A stretch of 64,000 bases of DNA from Dehalococcoidia bacterium (GTDB lineage Bacteria; Chloroflexota; Dehalococcoidia; Bin125): contig OY820591.1 in assembly GCA_963555985.3 (NCBI GenBank), positions 1,248,001 to 1,312,000 of the forward strand. The letters are read 5' to 3'. The notes under the pieces were generated by a model. The model made no database searches. It saw only the letters and a list, made by a program, of their open reading frames with translations, and had not been told where the DNA came from. Positions 36,508-45,571 of this stretch are shown here, piece after piece; positions within the stretch are counted from its first letter, which is position 1, and each line of letters begins with the position of its first letter. The position numbers were made by a program, and so were the translations under genes.

Positions 36508-37665
36508 TCAGCCATCAACAGCTTCTGGCCGCAGCGCCGCGACCAGCCGCTCGATGTCGCGTTCCGGCGTGTAGAAGTGCGGAGAAGCGCGCAGGCGCTC
36601 GAAGCGAACAGCCGTGATGATGCCGGATTCCTGCAACCGTTCCCAAGTCTCTTCAAGCGTTTCTCGTTCGGCGAGTTCGGGCGGCGGATCGAAGATCACG
36701 ATCCCGCTCCGCTCACTGGTCCCGCGCGGAGAGAACACGTTGCAGCCGATGTCCTCCAGTTGTGCGCAGAGGCTGGCGGTGACTCCCTCGAGCCGCTCCC
36801 AGACCTGATCGATGCCAACCTCGAGCAGGTGCCGGATTGATGCGTGGAGACCAAGCAGGGTCGCGGTCGGCGTCGCGCCCGGCTCGAAACGGCTCGCGTC
36901 GGGGCTGAGGTTGAGCACCTCGTTGCCGTCGGCAAGACCGTCCGCCATGCTGTTCGCGCCGAGCAGCGGCGGCACCAGTTCGCCGATCAGCTCCTCGCGG
37001 ATGTAGAGCAGTCCCGACCCGGTCGGCCCAAGCAGCCACTTGTGTCCGCCCGCAGCGACGAAGTCAATGTCGTCCGCCTGCACGTCCACAGGCAGCGCGC
37101 CCAACGACTGGATCGCGTCCACCGAGATCAGTCCCCCAACCGCATGTACCGCATCGGCGAGGGGGCGCAGGGAACTGCGGAACCCCGATCCCCACTGCAC
37201 GTGAGAGATGCCGATCAGCTGGGTTCGCTCGGTCACGGCGGCGAGGATGTCCTCAGTCGGAATGCGTCCGTCCGGGTGTTGCACGACGACATCGAGTTCG
37301 ACGCCGCGCTGTTGGAGTGCGTTGTAGAAGTGCCGGTTCGAGGGGTATTCCGCGTCCGTCACGAGGATGCGGTCGCCCGGAGCCCAGTCAAGCGCCCCGG
37401 CCGCCATCGATACGCCCGTGGCCGTATTGGGGACGAAGGCGATCTCGTGCGGCCCGCGCGCGTTGAGAATTTCGGCGGCGGCGGCGCGGAAATCGGCCGT
37501 GTCGTCCTGCCAGGTTGATCCGAAATAGCCGCTGCGCTCGGCTTGCGCCGCATACCCGCGCACGGCGTCGGCAACCGGCGTCGGCAGCGGCGAAACTCCC
37601 GCGTGGTTGAAAAATGCCAACTCGCTACCCAACACCGGATACAGTTCGCGTTCGTCCATGTTCAT
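36508..37665 (-). CDS. Class V PLP-dependent aminotransferase-fold enzyme
   Basis: FFNHAGVSP, VDAIQSLG, GGHKWLLGP.G.G and LRASPHFY; no desulfurase Cys motif seen. Confidence 0.88.
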   Translation of the reverse strand: MNMDERELYPVLGSELAFFNHAGVSPLPTPVADAVRGYAAQAERSGYFGSTWQDDTADFRAAAAEILNARGPHEIAFVPNTATGVSMAAGALDWAPGDRILVTDAEYPSNRHFYNALQQRGVELDVVVQHPDGRIPTEDILAAVTERTQLIGISHVQWGSGFRSSLRPLADAVHAVGGLISVDAIQSLGALPVDVQADDIDFVAAGGHKWLLGPTGSGLLYIREELIGELVPPLLGANSMADGLADGNEVLNLSPDASRFEPGATPTATLLGLHASIRHLLEVGIDQVWERLEGVTASLCAQLEDIGCNVFSPRGTSERSGIVIFDPPPELAERETLEETWERLQESGIITAVRFERLRASPHFYTPERDIERLVAALRPEAVDG

Positions 37666-37739
37666 CCTCCTGACGAGCTCGAGTAGATGGTACGCGGGGT
37701 AAGGACCAGTGTTGCAGCGCGCCGCACTTGCGTTCAGGT

Positions 37740-37787
37740 GAAGATGTGTTCTAGCATCTGTTTGACGGGCTTACAGAACCCACGTTC
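37740..37787 (+). promoter_or_regulatory. LexA (SOS) box candidates in the comM promoter
   Basis: Perfect GAAC-CCAC-GTTC at 37776-37787 and one-mismatch GAAG-ATGT-GTTC at 37740-37751, flanking TTGACG (37762-37767). Confidence 0.6.
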
Positions 37788-37841
37788 CCTATGCAGTTCC
37801 CGTCAGTTCGCAAGAGAGCACACCCGCTGAGAGGAAGTCCG

Positions 37842-39398
37842 ATGCACACGAGAGTAAACGGCGGCACGGTGATTGGCCTGGACGGCGCCCCCATCTGCGT
37901 CGAAGTGGATATTTCTTCGGGGGTCCCGAGGACCACGATCGTGGGACTGCCGGATGCCGCAGTTGGCGAGGCGCGCGAACGAGTGCGTTCGGCCATTCGC
38001 AACGCCGGCGCCGGCTTTCCCACGCGGCGCGTCACGGTCAATCTGGCCCCCGCGCACATCCGCAAAGAAGGCGCTGGCTTCGATCTCCCGATCGCCGTCG
38101 GAATGCTTGTCGCCACCGGACAGATCTGCGAGAGCGCCGTTCGCGACACGCTGTTTTTGGGAGAGCTGGCGCTTGACGGGGAGTTGCGCCACGTGCGCGG
38201 CGTGCTTTCCGTCGCCGCCGCTGCGCGCGACGCTGATGTTCGCCGGATTGTCGTTCCCCGGGTGAATGCCGAGGAAGCGTCGCTGATCGATGGCCTGGAG
38301 GTCGTCGGGATCGATTCGCTGCGCGACTGGATCGAGTTTGCGACCGAAGAACGGCCGATTTCGGAAGCGATCTGGTCGGGAGGCCAGCCGGGAATCCAAG
38401 ACGAAGCAAAGGTATTCGACGGGCACGACTTCAGTGACGTGAGCGGTCAAGAGCACGTGAAGCGAGCGCTCGAAGTCGCGGCTGCGGGCGGACACAACGT
38501 GCTCATGTGCGGTCCTCCCGGAGCGGGCAAGACGCTGCTCGCATCCTGCCTGCCCGGCATTTTGCCGCCGTTGACCACGCAGGAGGCGCTTGAAGTGACC
38601 AAGATCGCGAGCGTAGCCGGGATGACGGGACCGGGAGGTTCGCTCATTCGTGAGCGACCATTCCGATCCCCACACCACACGATCTCCAACGCCGGACTGG
38701 TCGGCGGTGGGCAGCGACTGCGACCCGGGGAAGTGACGCTCGCCCATCGCGGCGTGTTGTTCCTCGACGAACTGCCCGAGTTCAGCGTCCGCGCGCTCGA
38801 AGCGATGCGGCAGCCGCTCGAAGATCGCTGCATCACGATCTCGCGCGCGCACGGCACGATCACCTATCCGGCCGACATCACTTTGATCGCCGCGATGAAC
38901 CCCTGTCCGTGTGGAAACTTCGGTTCGGACCAGTCCTGTACGTGCAGCGACGGCGCGGTCTACCGCTACCAGCGGCGCGTCTCGGGACCAGTCCTCGACC
39001 GGATCGACATGTTCATCGACGTGCCGCGCGTCGAGGTTCAGAAATTGATGCCGCGCGCGGGTGCAGACGAGCTGCCGCCCGGCGAAGCCTCTGCGGTCAT
39101 TCGCGATCGAGTCTCGGCGGCGCGAGCGTTGCAGCGCGCCCGTTTCGGCCCCGGCGGTCCCGGCTCCAATGCCGCGCTCTCAGCCCGCGAAGTGCACCGC
39201 CACTGCCTCTCGATGCTCGACGATCGCGGTCAGACGCTGGTGCGGGAGGCGGTCGATCGCCTCGGCCTGTCGGCGCGCGGTTTCCATCGGGTGCTGAAAG
39301 TCGCCCGGACCATCGCCGACCTCTCCGAGTCGGAAGTGATCACGGCCCGGCACGTCGCCGAAGCGATCCAATATCGGCGGCGCTCCAAGCTCGCCTAG
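37842..39398 (+). CDS. comM: YifB/ComM family AAA+ ATPase
   Basis: IVGLPD, VNLAPA..RKEG..FDLPIA, GELALDG, GPPGAGKT, GVLFLDELPEF, NPCPCG, DRID and LSAR..RV..VARTIADL. Confidence 0.93.
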   Translation: MHTRVNGGTVIGLDGAPICVEVDISSGVPRTTIVGLPDAAVGEARERVRSAIRNAGAGFPTRRVTVNLAPAHIRKEGAGFDLPIAVGMLVATGQICESAVRDTLFLGELALDGELRHVRGVLSVAAAARDADVRRIVVPRVNAEEASLIDGLEVVGIDSLRDWIEFATEERPISEAIWSGGQPGIQDEAKVFDGHDFSDVSGQEHVKRALEVAAAGGHNVLMCGPPGAGKTLLASCLPGILPPLTTQEALEVTKIASVAGMTGPGGSLIRERPFRSPHHTISNAGLVGGGQRLRPGEVTLAHRGVLFLDELPEFSVRALEAMRQPLEDRCITISRAHGTITYPADITLIAAMNPCPCGNFGSDQSCTCSDGAVYRYQRRVSGPVLDRIDMFIDVPRVEVQKLMPRAGADELPPGEASAVIRDRVSAARALQRARFGPGGPGSNAALSAREVHRHCLSMLDDRGQTLVREAVDRLGLSARGFHRVLKVARTIADLSESEVITARHVAEAIQYRRRSKLA

Positions 39399-39457
39399 GC
39401 AAGCTGCCACTCAGGTAGCTGCTACTTGCGACTCCGGTTGCCGCAGACAACCCTTGT

Positions 39458-39467
39458 GGGGGGGGGG
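39458..39467 (+). repeat. G10 homopolymer upstream of the acidic repeat protein
   Basis: TGT-G10-CAG, 50 bp before ATG 39518. Confidence 0.8.
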
Positions 39468-39517
39468 CAGATATGTATCCTGCCCCTGAGATGGCACTCG
39501 GCTGAGAGCGATCGGTC

Positions 39518-40297
39518 ATGACTGCACGGATACGTCGATTCCTGTTCATCGCTCTGGGAGTAGGCATCTCCCTGATTCTTCTCAGTTGGGGGTTCGTGTC
39601 AGCCATCGAAATCGACCCAGAAGACCTCCCGGTCGCAATACCAAGCCGCAACCCGCCAGGTTCAGTCGAGAATGACAACGACGATGACGATGCCGGTGGC
39701 GATGATGATGGCGGCGACGGGGATGACGAAAGAGAGTTGGATCGCAGTCCGTACACCGACTACGACGGGTTTAGCACCCCCGTCACCGATGACGATGGGA
39801 TCGACACCCCGACCCCCACCGACGGCGATGGTATCGACACGCCCGATACGGACGGCGACGGCATCGACACGCCGTACACGGATCACGACGGCGTGGATAC
39901 CCCGGGTACGGACAACGACGGCTTCAGCACGCCGTACACGGACTACGACGGAGTGGACACGCCCGCGACCGACAACGATGGCATCGACACCCCGTACACG
40001 GACTATGACGGCGTGGATACGCCGACGGCGACGGCGAGCGCTACGGACAATGACGGCACCGACTCCGACGGCTACGACACTCCCGATACCGACTACGACG
40101 GCGTCGATACCCCAACACCGACCGACTCGGACACTGGCGGTGCCAGCGGCTCAGGTAACGCTACTGGCGCTGCGGCAGGTAGCGACGCTCCCCCTCCGGC
40201 AACGGACAATGACGGCACCGACTCGGACGGGGTGGACACGCCCACGCCGACTCAATCCGTGAGCGACAACAGTGACGACAGCGACGACAGCGACTAG
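39518..40297 (+). CDS. Exported or membrane-anchored Asp/Thr-rich tandem-repeat protein
   Basis: Basic then hydrophobic N-terminus; more than ten TDxDGxDTP-type units; ends DNSDDSDDSD. Confidence 0.8.
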   Translation: MTARIRRFLFIALGVGISLILLSWGFVSAIEIDPEDLPVAIPSRNPPGSVENDNDDDDAGGDDDGGDGDDERELDRSPYTDYDGFSTPVTDDDGIDTPTPTDGDGIDTPDTDGDGIDTPYTDHDGVDTPGTDNDGFSTPYTDYDGVDTPATDNDGIDTPYTDYDGVDTPTATASATDNDGTDSDGYDTPDTDYDGVDTPTPTDSDTGGASGSGNATGAAAGSDAPPPATDNDGTDSDGVDTPTPTQSVSDNSDDSDDSD

Positions 40298-41534
40298 GGC
40301 CTCAGCATCAACGCCCGCCTCAGTTGTCCCAGACATCGCTCCGCTGGTGGAATTCCCACCAGATCAATCATTGCCGCTCCTGACGAGCATTTTCGAGCCG
40401 GAGTGGGTCAGTCATCTACTCCAAGAACGGCATGGCCGCTGGAATTCGGTTCCTTCCCTGTTGCAAGTGAGAGAGTTCAGCCATTCGCGCGGGAGAACAG
40501 CCCAGGTGACCTACGAGGCTCACTGGCCGGATGAGGAATTTCTTCCCTCAGAGATTTTTACGATCAAGGTCGACGCCGAGCAGCAAGTCGAAACGGTGCT
40601 CTTTCCCTATGACGACAGGCTGCCGGGTTTGGCTACGGCTGCTGATCCAGAAGGAGCCTTAAGCCTCGTCAACCGATATGTGCTTGCCGTCCCTGCACGA
40701 CGCACGGAAGTCGAACTCGTGCGCTATCGAGCTGGGAATCGAGCAGTGCTTCGGCAGCGTGTGGGTAGGGCCAGGTTTTTTGCGAGAGCAATGCGTCCGG
40801 AGGCTGTGCAGGCGCACCTGGCGTCTCGTGAGTTAATCATCGATTCAGACTTTGTGGTGCCGCGCTTGGCCGGTGTCTGGAACGAAGGCGCTGTGATCTG
40901 GATGTCGGAGATTCCAGGCCGCAGTCTCCGAACTCAGATCCGGCGCAGCAGGGCGCCAGATCCCATCAAGCTTCTCAACGGGCTGCAATCAATCTGGGAT
41001 TTGCCCGTGCCGCCCAATCACGTTTCGAGGTTCAGCCTCACCCGAGCTTATCGAAGAGCGAGGCGTGGGCTCTTGCACGAGAGTCGAGAGGACGAGGCGG
41101 TTCAGACTGAACTCGGAAGGGCCGTCGCCGTCTTGGACCCCTTTGTCGAGGCCTGGCGTCCGAGCGGACTGGCTCACAATGACTTCTATGACGATCAGTT
41201 GTTGACTCTGCGCGACGGCAGAATCTCGATGGTCGACTTTGAAGAGGCGGGACCGGGCGATCCGATGCTTGATGTTGGCAACTTCCTGGCTCACCTGCGA
41301 TGGGCGGTTCACTTGGGCCGCAGCAGATACGCCCAAGCTTGCGACCAGTATCACTCCGCTTTTCGAGAAGCCGCCCTGGAGCGATGGAGCTGGAACGCAT
41401 CTGAGCTCGATCTCCGAGAGGCAGTGTGCCTCTTTCGTGTATGCACGAATTCCGTTCGACACCCCCGCGCAGACTGGCAATCGCAATTGCGTGTCGGCCT
41501 CGGTCTCGTGAATGAGGTCATCGGCTCACGTTGA
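40272..41534 (+). CDS. Aminoglycoside-phosphotransferase/choline-kinase-like kinase
   Basis: Brenner motif HNDFYDDQ, VDFEEAGPGDP.LDVGNFLAHL; start position uncertain. Confidence 0.78.
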   Translation: MTTATTATRASASTPASVVPDIAPLVEFPPDQSLPLLTSIFEPEWVSHLLQERHGRWNSVPSLLQVREFSHSRGRTAQVTYEAHWPDEEFLPSEIFTIKVDAEQQVETVLFPYDDRLPGLATAADPEGALSLVNRYVLAVPARRTEVELVRYRAGNRAVLRQRVGRARFFARAMRPEAVQAHLASRELIIDSDFVVPRLAGVWNEGAVIWMSEIPGRSLRTQIRRSRAPDPIKLLNGLQSIWDLPVPPNHVSRFSLTRAYRRARRGLLHESREDEAVQTELGRAVAVLDPFVEAWRPSGLAHNDFYDDQLLTLRDGRISMVDFEEAGPGDPMLDVGNFLAHLRWAVHLGRSRYAQACDQYHSAFREAALERWSWNASELDLREAVCLFRVCTNSVRHPRADWQSQLRVGLGLVNEVIGSR

Positions 41535-41601
41535 TGGGTATCTCAGTCCCGGTTCGCGCCGCCCGCCCGAGCTGGGGCGACGGTGATATCGTGGCCTTCC
41601 C

Positions 41602-41676
41602 GCCCCCGTAGCTCAGGGGATAGAGCACCGGCCTCCGGAGCCGGGTGCGCAGGTTCGAATCCTGCCGGGGGCGCCA
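41602..41676 (+). tRNA. tRNA-Arg(CCG)
   Basis: GCCCCCG acceptor stem, TAGCTCAG D-arm, anticodon arm CCGGC-CTCCGGA-GCCGG, GGTTCGAATCC T-loop, encoded CCA. Confidence 0.96.
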
Positions 41677-41709
41677 ATCTGAACCCGCGTCAGGCGGAGG
41701 AGGCGAACC

Positions 41710-42105
41710 ATGAACGACGATCAAGCCCAAGTCGATGCCGGAGCCATCGCCTTCGCCATGCGCTACCGCAATGACATCGCCGGCGACGAAGGTCTTTGCA
41801 TCGAAGTCCGCGCCGATGTGGACGGCGAAGACACCGAGTTGCTGCGCTTCGACTGCTTCCGCGTCGCGCCCCACTATCACTACGGGCCGCAGGCCGGCGA
41901 CGAGCGCCTGATGCTCGATCTGACCGCCGCCGGCGACTCGCTCGAGTGGACGCTGAACTGCTTCGAGCGCGGCCGCCTGCGAGCGATGATCGAGCGCGCC
42001 GGCTACCAGACGGTAGCGAATGCCTTGGACGAGGCCGAGGTCGCCGAGGCGCTCCCGCTCGTGGTCAGCGCCGCCCACGACATTGTCGAAGCGCAGCGGA
42101 GCTAG
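41710..42105 (+). CDS. Hypothetical protein
   Basis: GGAGG RBS; coding-like composition; 'ELLRFDCF...PHYHY' motif-like segment. Confidence 0.75.
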   Translation: MNDDQAQVDAGAIAFAMRYRNDIAGDEGLCIEVRADVDGEDTELLRFDCFRVAPHYHYGPQAGDERLMLDLTAAGDSLEWTLNCFERGRLRAMIERAGYQTVANALDEAEVAEALPLVVSAAHDIVEAQRS

Positions 42106-42154
42106 GGCCTGTTCACACGAATCGAGCGTCCCTTCCCTTCACTCCTGCGCACTC

Positions 42155-42253
42155 CTCCGTCATACCCGCGCTTGCCGCGGGTATCTCGCCGTGAGCTGCA
42201 CCGTCGTTGCTCAGACGGTGAGATTCCGGTGGCAGAGCGCGGCAACGACTGAG
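42155..42253. repeat. Family B REP-doublet element (opposite orientation)
   Basis: CTCCGTCATACCCGCGCTTGCCGCGGGTATCTCGCCG...GCACCGTCG...; approximate reverse complement of 19877-19975. Confidence 0.88.
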
Positions 42254-42284
42254 CAAGAGCGCGAGCGAATTCGGCGTCGGCAAT

Positions 42285-42621
42285 CTGAACACGCCTTCAC
42301 ACTTGTTCAGAGCCGCTCGCGCACAATCGTTGCTCTACCTGCTAACGTGAGAACTCCAGTGCAATGTCACCAAGGGAGTCTGACCTGCCGTGCTCACCCC
42401 GCCCACCGGCAAACGCCTGCGCCGCGCTCCGGTCGATCGCCCGGACCAGCTGAACAAACCTGAACGCCGTGAACAGCCCCGAAATGCCCGATCTCCCATA
42501 AAATCCTGCATGTTCTCAATTACTCCTGCCTCGTTCGACGCCCGAAAAAATTTCACCCTGAACACCTGAACACCCTGAATGCGCACACAACCGAGCGGAC
42601 ACCTGTGCCCCTCCTGTTCAG
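42285..42621. repeat. Intergenic array of (C)TGAAC(A) motifs
   Basis: TGAAC at 42286, 42451, 42461, 42470, 42559 and 42567, TGAAT at 42576; inverted TGTTCAG at 42304 and 42615. Confidence 0.65.
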
Positions 42622-42641
42622 CGGGAAGCAGACAGACTCGC

Positions 42642-43472
42642 TCAATCAACTTCGTCGGTGCGCCACGTGATCAGCATCGCCCGAGACGGCGTTCGCCAAT
42701 TCGGTCGCCAGAGTTCGCCGGTTCGCTCATAGAGCCGATCGAGCGCCGCCCCGATGCGTTCGCGCGCAGACTGCTCATCCCGAGGCTCGAGCTCGCTGAG
42801 CGCAAACCGAATCGCGGCCTCCTCGTCTCTGGGCAGCCGCTCCGGCCAGGTGAACCGCTCCTCGAAGACGCGCACATCGGGCGCGATCCCCAGCTCCCAG
42901 ATCACCGGCAGCAACTCGCGAAAGCCGGGCGACGGCGCTTCCTCCACGCCAAACGCGATCCGAAAGAGGTCGGCATTGACATTGGGCGGCGGAACCGTCC
43001 AGGTCATGATCATCACCCGCCGCCGCGCAGATTCGTGCAGGGCGCGGACGAACGGCTCGATCCCGGAAATGAAATAGGTCACATCGACCGTCAGCAGCAG
43101 GTCGGCGCTGAGCGGCTCTGCGGTTGGCCAGCGCGAGGCGAGCGTGTCCGCGTTCTCAATCCCGTGCTCCTCCACGCAGATCTGGAACTGCCGCCGCATC
43201 GCCGCAGACGGCTCGACGTTCAGCAGCGAGCGCGCCCGCAGCGCGAGCGGCAAGCCCATCCGTCCCGCGCCGCCGCCCACTTCGATGATCTCGTCCTCCG
43301 CCCGCACGTACTCCAGCGCTGCGGCGAGCAGGGGTTCGGGCTGGCGCTGCGGATCGAAGCGGTATCCGGGAGCGTGACGCGCCCAGCGCGCTTCGGTCAG
43401 CGGCGTCGCCAACTCAGCCTGTTGACGCTCCCAAGCCAGTACAAGCTCGCGGTATCGGTCAGCTGCGCTCAT
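42642..43472 (-). CDS. Class I SAM-dependent methyltransferase-like protein
   Basis: IIEVGGGAGR motif I, VEPSAAM motif II. Confidence 0.8.
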   Translation of the reverse strand: MSAADRYRELVLAWERQQAELATPLTEARWARHAPGYRFDPQRQPEPLLAAALEYVRAEDEIIEVGGGAGRMGLPLALRARSLLNVEPSAAMRRQFQICVEEHGIENADTLASRWPTAEPLSADLLLTVDVTYFISGIEPFVRALHESARRRVMIMTWTVPPPNVNADLFRIAFGVEEAPSPGFRELLPVIWELGIAPDVRVFEERFTWPERLPRDEEAAIRFALSELEPRDEQSARERIGAALDRLYERTGELWRPNWRTPSRAMLITWRTDEVD

Positions 43473-44089
43473 TGGCTTTCCGTTCCCGCCCGCAGCGCCT
43501 CCAGCACCACGCTTCCACGCGGCGACAGCCGGTATCCGACCTCCAGGCTGATCGTGAGCCCCAGCGCCTTGAGCTTGCGCACGTCCGCCTTGAAGGGCGC
43601 AGTCTCGCGGCCTTGCGCCGCTGCCAGCTCTGCGGCTCGGCGTCCCGGCGCATCGTCGATCGCTTCGAGCGCCGCCAGCGTCCAGGGCCCGTGGCGCGAG
43701 CGAGCGTCCATCTTGGCCAGCCGAGTCGTGAGAGCGACGAGTTCGTCCTCGCGGACTTCTTCGTTTGCGGCGAGTTCGTCGCGCGGATTGGGCTGTTTGC
43801 CGAGATACCGAAACGCAACCCGATAGAGCGGCGCGTCCGGATCGGCGGATCGGCGCTGATTGGCGCGAATCGCTTCGAGCACGGCGGCGGGCGAATCGTG
43901 ACCGGCGGCGCGTGCGTCGGCCTCGCTGATTTGCGACGCCTCAATCTGGTCTACCGATGTGACTTCGATGATGCCGTCGCCGATGCGGTACTGACCGCCG
44001 GGACGCGCTTGGGGGCTGCGCCAGCGCCGAAACGTCAGCGTCCGCTCACCCTGTGCGATCGCTTCTTTGTCTTGCTGGCGAAACTGCAT
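43469..44089 (-). CDS. ASCH/PUA-domain protein with C-terminal HTH-like region
   Basis: IAQGERTLTFRRW, EADARAAG and FKADVRKLKALGLT.SLEVGY.LSPRG. Confidence 0.75.
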   Translation of the reverse strand: MQFRQQDKEAIAQGERTLTFRRWRSPQARPGGQYRIGDGIIEVTSVDQIEASQISEADARAAGHDSPAAVLEAIRANQRRSADPDAPLYRVAFRYLGKQPNPRDELAANEEVREDELVALTTRLAKMDARSRHGPWTLAALEAIDDAPGRRAAELAAAQGRETAPFKADVRKLKALGLTISLEVGYRLSPRGSVVLEALRAGTESQ

Positions 44090-44175
44090 GACACGAGCTT
44101 TCCCAATCCGGTGTTAGCCTAGACCGTGGTGAGGCGCGATCGCGTTTCGGGACATACTCGCAGGCGGGAGCAGGT

Positions 44176-45012
44176 GTGGCGCAACGCGGATCGCAGCCAG
44201 GTCGAAGCGCTCGAACACGCCCCCAGCGCCTGGCGCGACGCCGGGCCTCCTCACGGGGATTCGATCGTGGCGGCGTCCGGCGCTCCAGGATCTTTTCTCG
44301 CCCCGTGATTGCCACAGTCGGGCTGATCTTGGCCGTCACCCTGATTGCCAGCTTGGCTGTAGTGGCGTTCGACAGCAACGATGGCCCGGCTCCGACGGCC
44401 GATCCGCCGCCGGTCAGACGCGCCGGTTCGGAAGTGGATATCGGCGCAGTCGAAGGCAAACCCAGCTGGGATGAACCGCCAGTGTTCGCTCTCTCCGATG
44501 GCGTCGATTACGGCGCAGAGATCGAGCTGGAAAACGGCGTGATCGTCAGGCTGGACCTGTTCGAAGCCATCGCTCCCGTGCATGTGAACAATTTCGTCTT
44601 CCTCGCAGAAGAAGGCTTCTACGACGGGCTGACCTTCCATCGCGTGATTCCGGGGTTTGTGGCTCAAGGCGGCGACCCAACCGCGACCGGTACCGGCGGC
44701 GCGGGCTACACGCTGCCGGATGAGCCGATCAACGAGGCGAATGAGGGCGAGCTGTCTCTGGACGCCGAAGGCGTCATCTCAATGGCCCGAGGCGCTCAGG
44801 GCGCATCGTCGTCGCAGTTCTTCATCACCTATGCGCCCCAGGGCCAACTGGATGAGCAGGGATTCACCGCCTTCGGAACGGTGATCTCCGGGATGGAGGC
44901 GCTGCACGCTTTCGACAGTCGCGATCCGGGCGCGATTCCGGCCCCGCCCGCAGGGCCGCGCATTGTCGCGATTCGCATCACCGAAGTCGGCGCTCAGACG
45001 AGCGCCGAGTAG
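44176..45012 (+). CDS. Cyclophilin-type PPIase with an N-terminal membrane anchor
   Basis: TM helix, then AP.HVNNF..LA..GFYDG.TFHRVI..F.AQGGDP, SMAR and SQFFI; start uncertain. Confidence 0.88.
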   Translation: MAQRGSQPGRSARTRPQRLARRRASSRGFDRGGVRRSRIFSRPVIATVGLILAVTLIASLAVVAFDSNDGPAPTADPPPVRRAGSEVDIGAVEGKPSWDEPPVFALSDGVDYGAEIELENGVIVRLDLFEAIAPVHVNNFVFLAEEGFYDGLTFHRVIPGFVAQGGDPTATGTGGAGYTLPDEPINEANEGELSLDAEGVISMARGAQGASSSQFFITYAPQGQLDEQGFTAFGTVISGMEALHAFDSRDPGAIPAPPAGPRIVAIRITEVGAQTSAE

Positions 45013-45041
45013 CAGCCGCTCAGCGGCGGAGGATCACACGC

Positions 45042-45551
45042 ATGGCCAAGCAGTACCGCCAGCGCCCGGAGATGGCGCTCAAAGAGGGCGCCACCTATTC
45101 GGCGACGATCGAGATGGAGGACGGCGGCAAGATCGAGTTGGAACTGTGGCCCGACATCGCGCCGGAGCACGTCAACTCGTTCGTCTTCCTGGCCCGCGAC
45201 GGGTTCTACGACGGCGTGACCTTCCACCGCATCATCAGCGGCTTCATGGCCCAAGGCGGCGATCCGACCGGCACCGGTACCGGCGGGCCCGGCTACAACG
45301 TGCCGGCCGAGTTCAACGACGCCGCGCACGTTGAGGGCGTGCTCTCGATGGCGCGGGCGCAGGATCCAAACTCGGCGGGCAGCCAGTTCTTCATCTGCAA
45401 CGCCGACGCAACCTTCCTCGACCGTCAGTACACGGCGTTCGGCAAGGTCACGTCGGGCATGGAAGTCGTCCACGCCTTCCCCGAGCGTGACCCGCAGCGA
45501 GCGCGCGAACCGGGCCCACAGATGAAGTCGGTCACGATCACCGAGAAGTAG
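45042..45551 (+). CDS. Cyclophilin-type PPIase
   Basis: GFYDGVTFHRII..FMAQGGDP, SMARAQDPNSAGSQFFI and LDRQYTAFGKV. Confidence 0.95.
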   Translation: MAKQYRQRPEMALKEGATYSATIEMEDGGKIELELWPDIAPEHVNSFVFLARDGFYDGVTFHRIISGFMAQGGDPTGTGTGGPGYNVPAEFNDAAHVEGVLSMARAQDPNSAGSQFFICNADATFLDRQYTAFGKVTSGMEVVHAFPERDPQRAREPGPQMKSVTITEK

Positions 45552-45571
45552 TTCCCCAACGAGCGCGCTCT

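Noticed and set aside
36508-37665. Cysteine desulfurase (SufS/IscS)
   Set aside because: Lacks the C-terminal catalytic Cys motif (RxGxHC or SGSAC).
39740-40250. CRISPR-like ~30-bp periodic repeats
   Set aside because: Units are codon-phased, vary at synonymous positions and have no unique spacers; this is a protein repeat.
41602-42640. Integrated element at tRNA-Arg (also checked tRNA-Pro)
   Set aside because: No integrase and no duplicated tRNA 3' end seen in the window.
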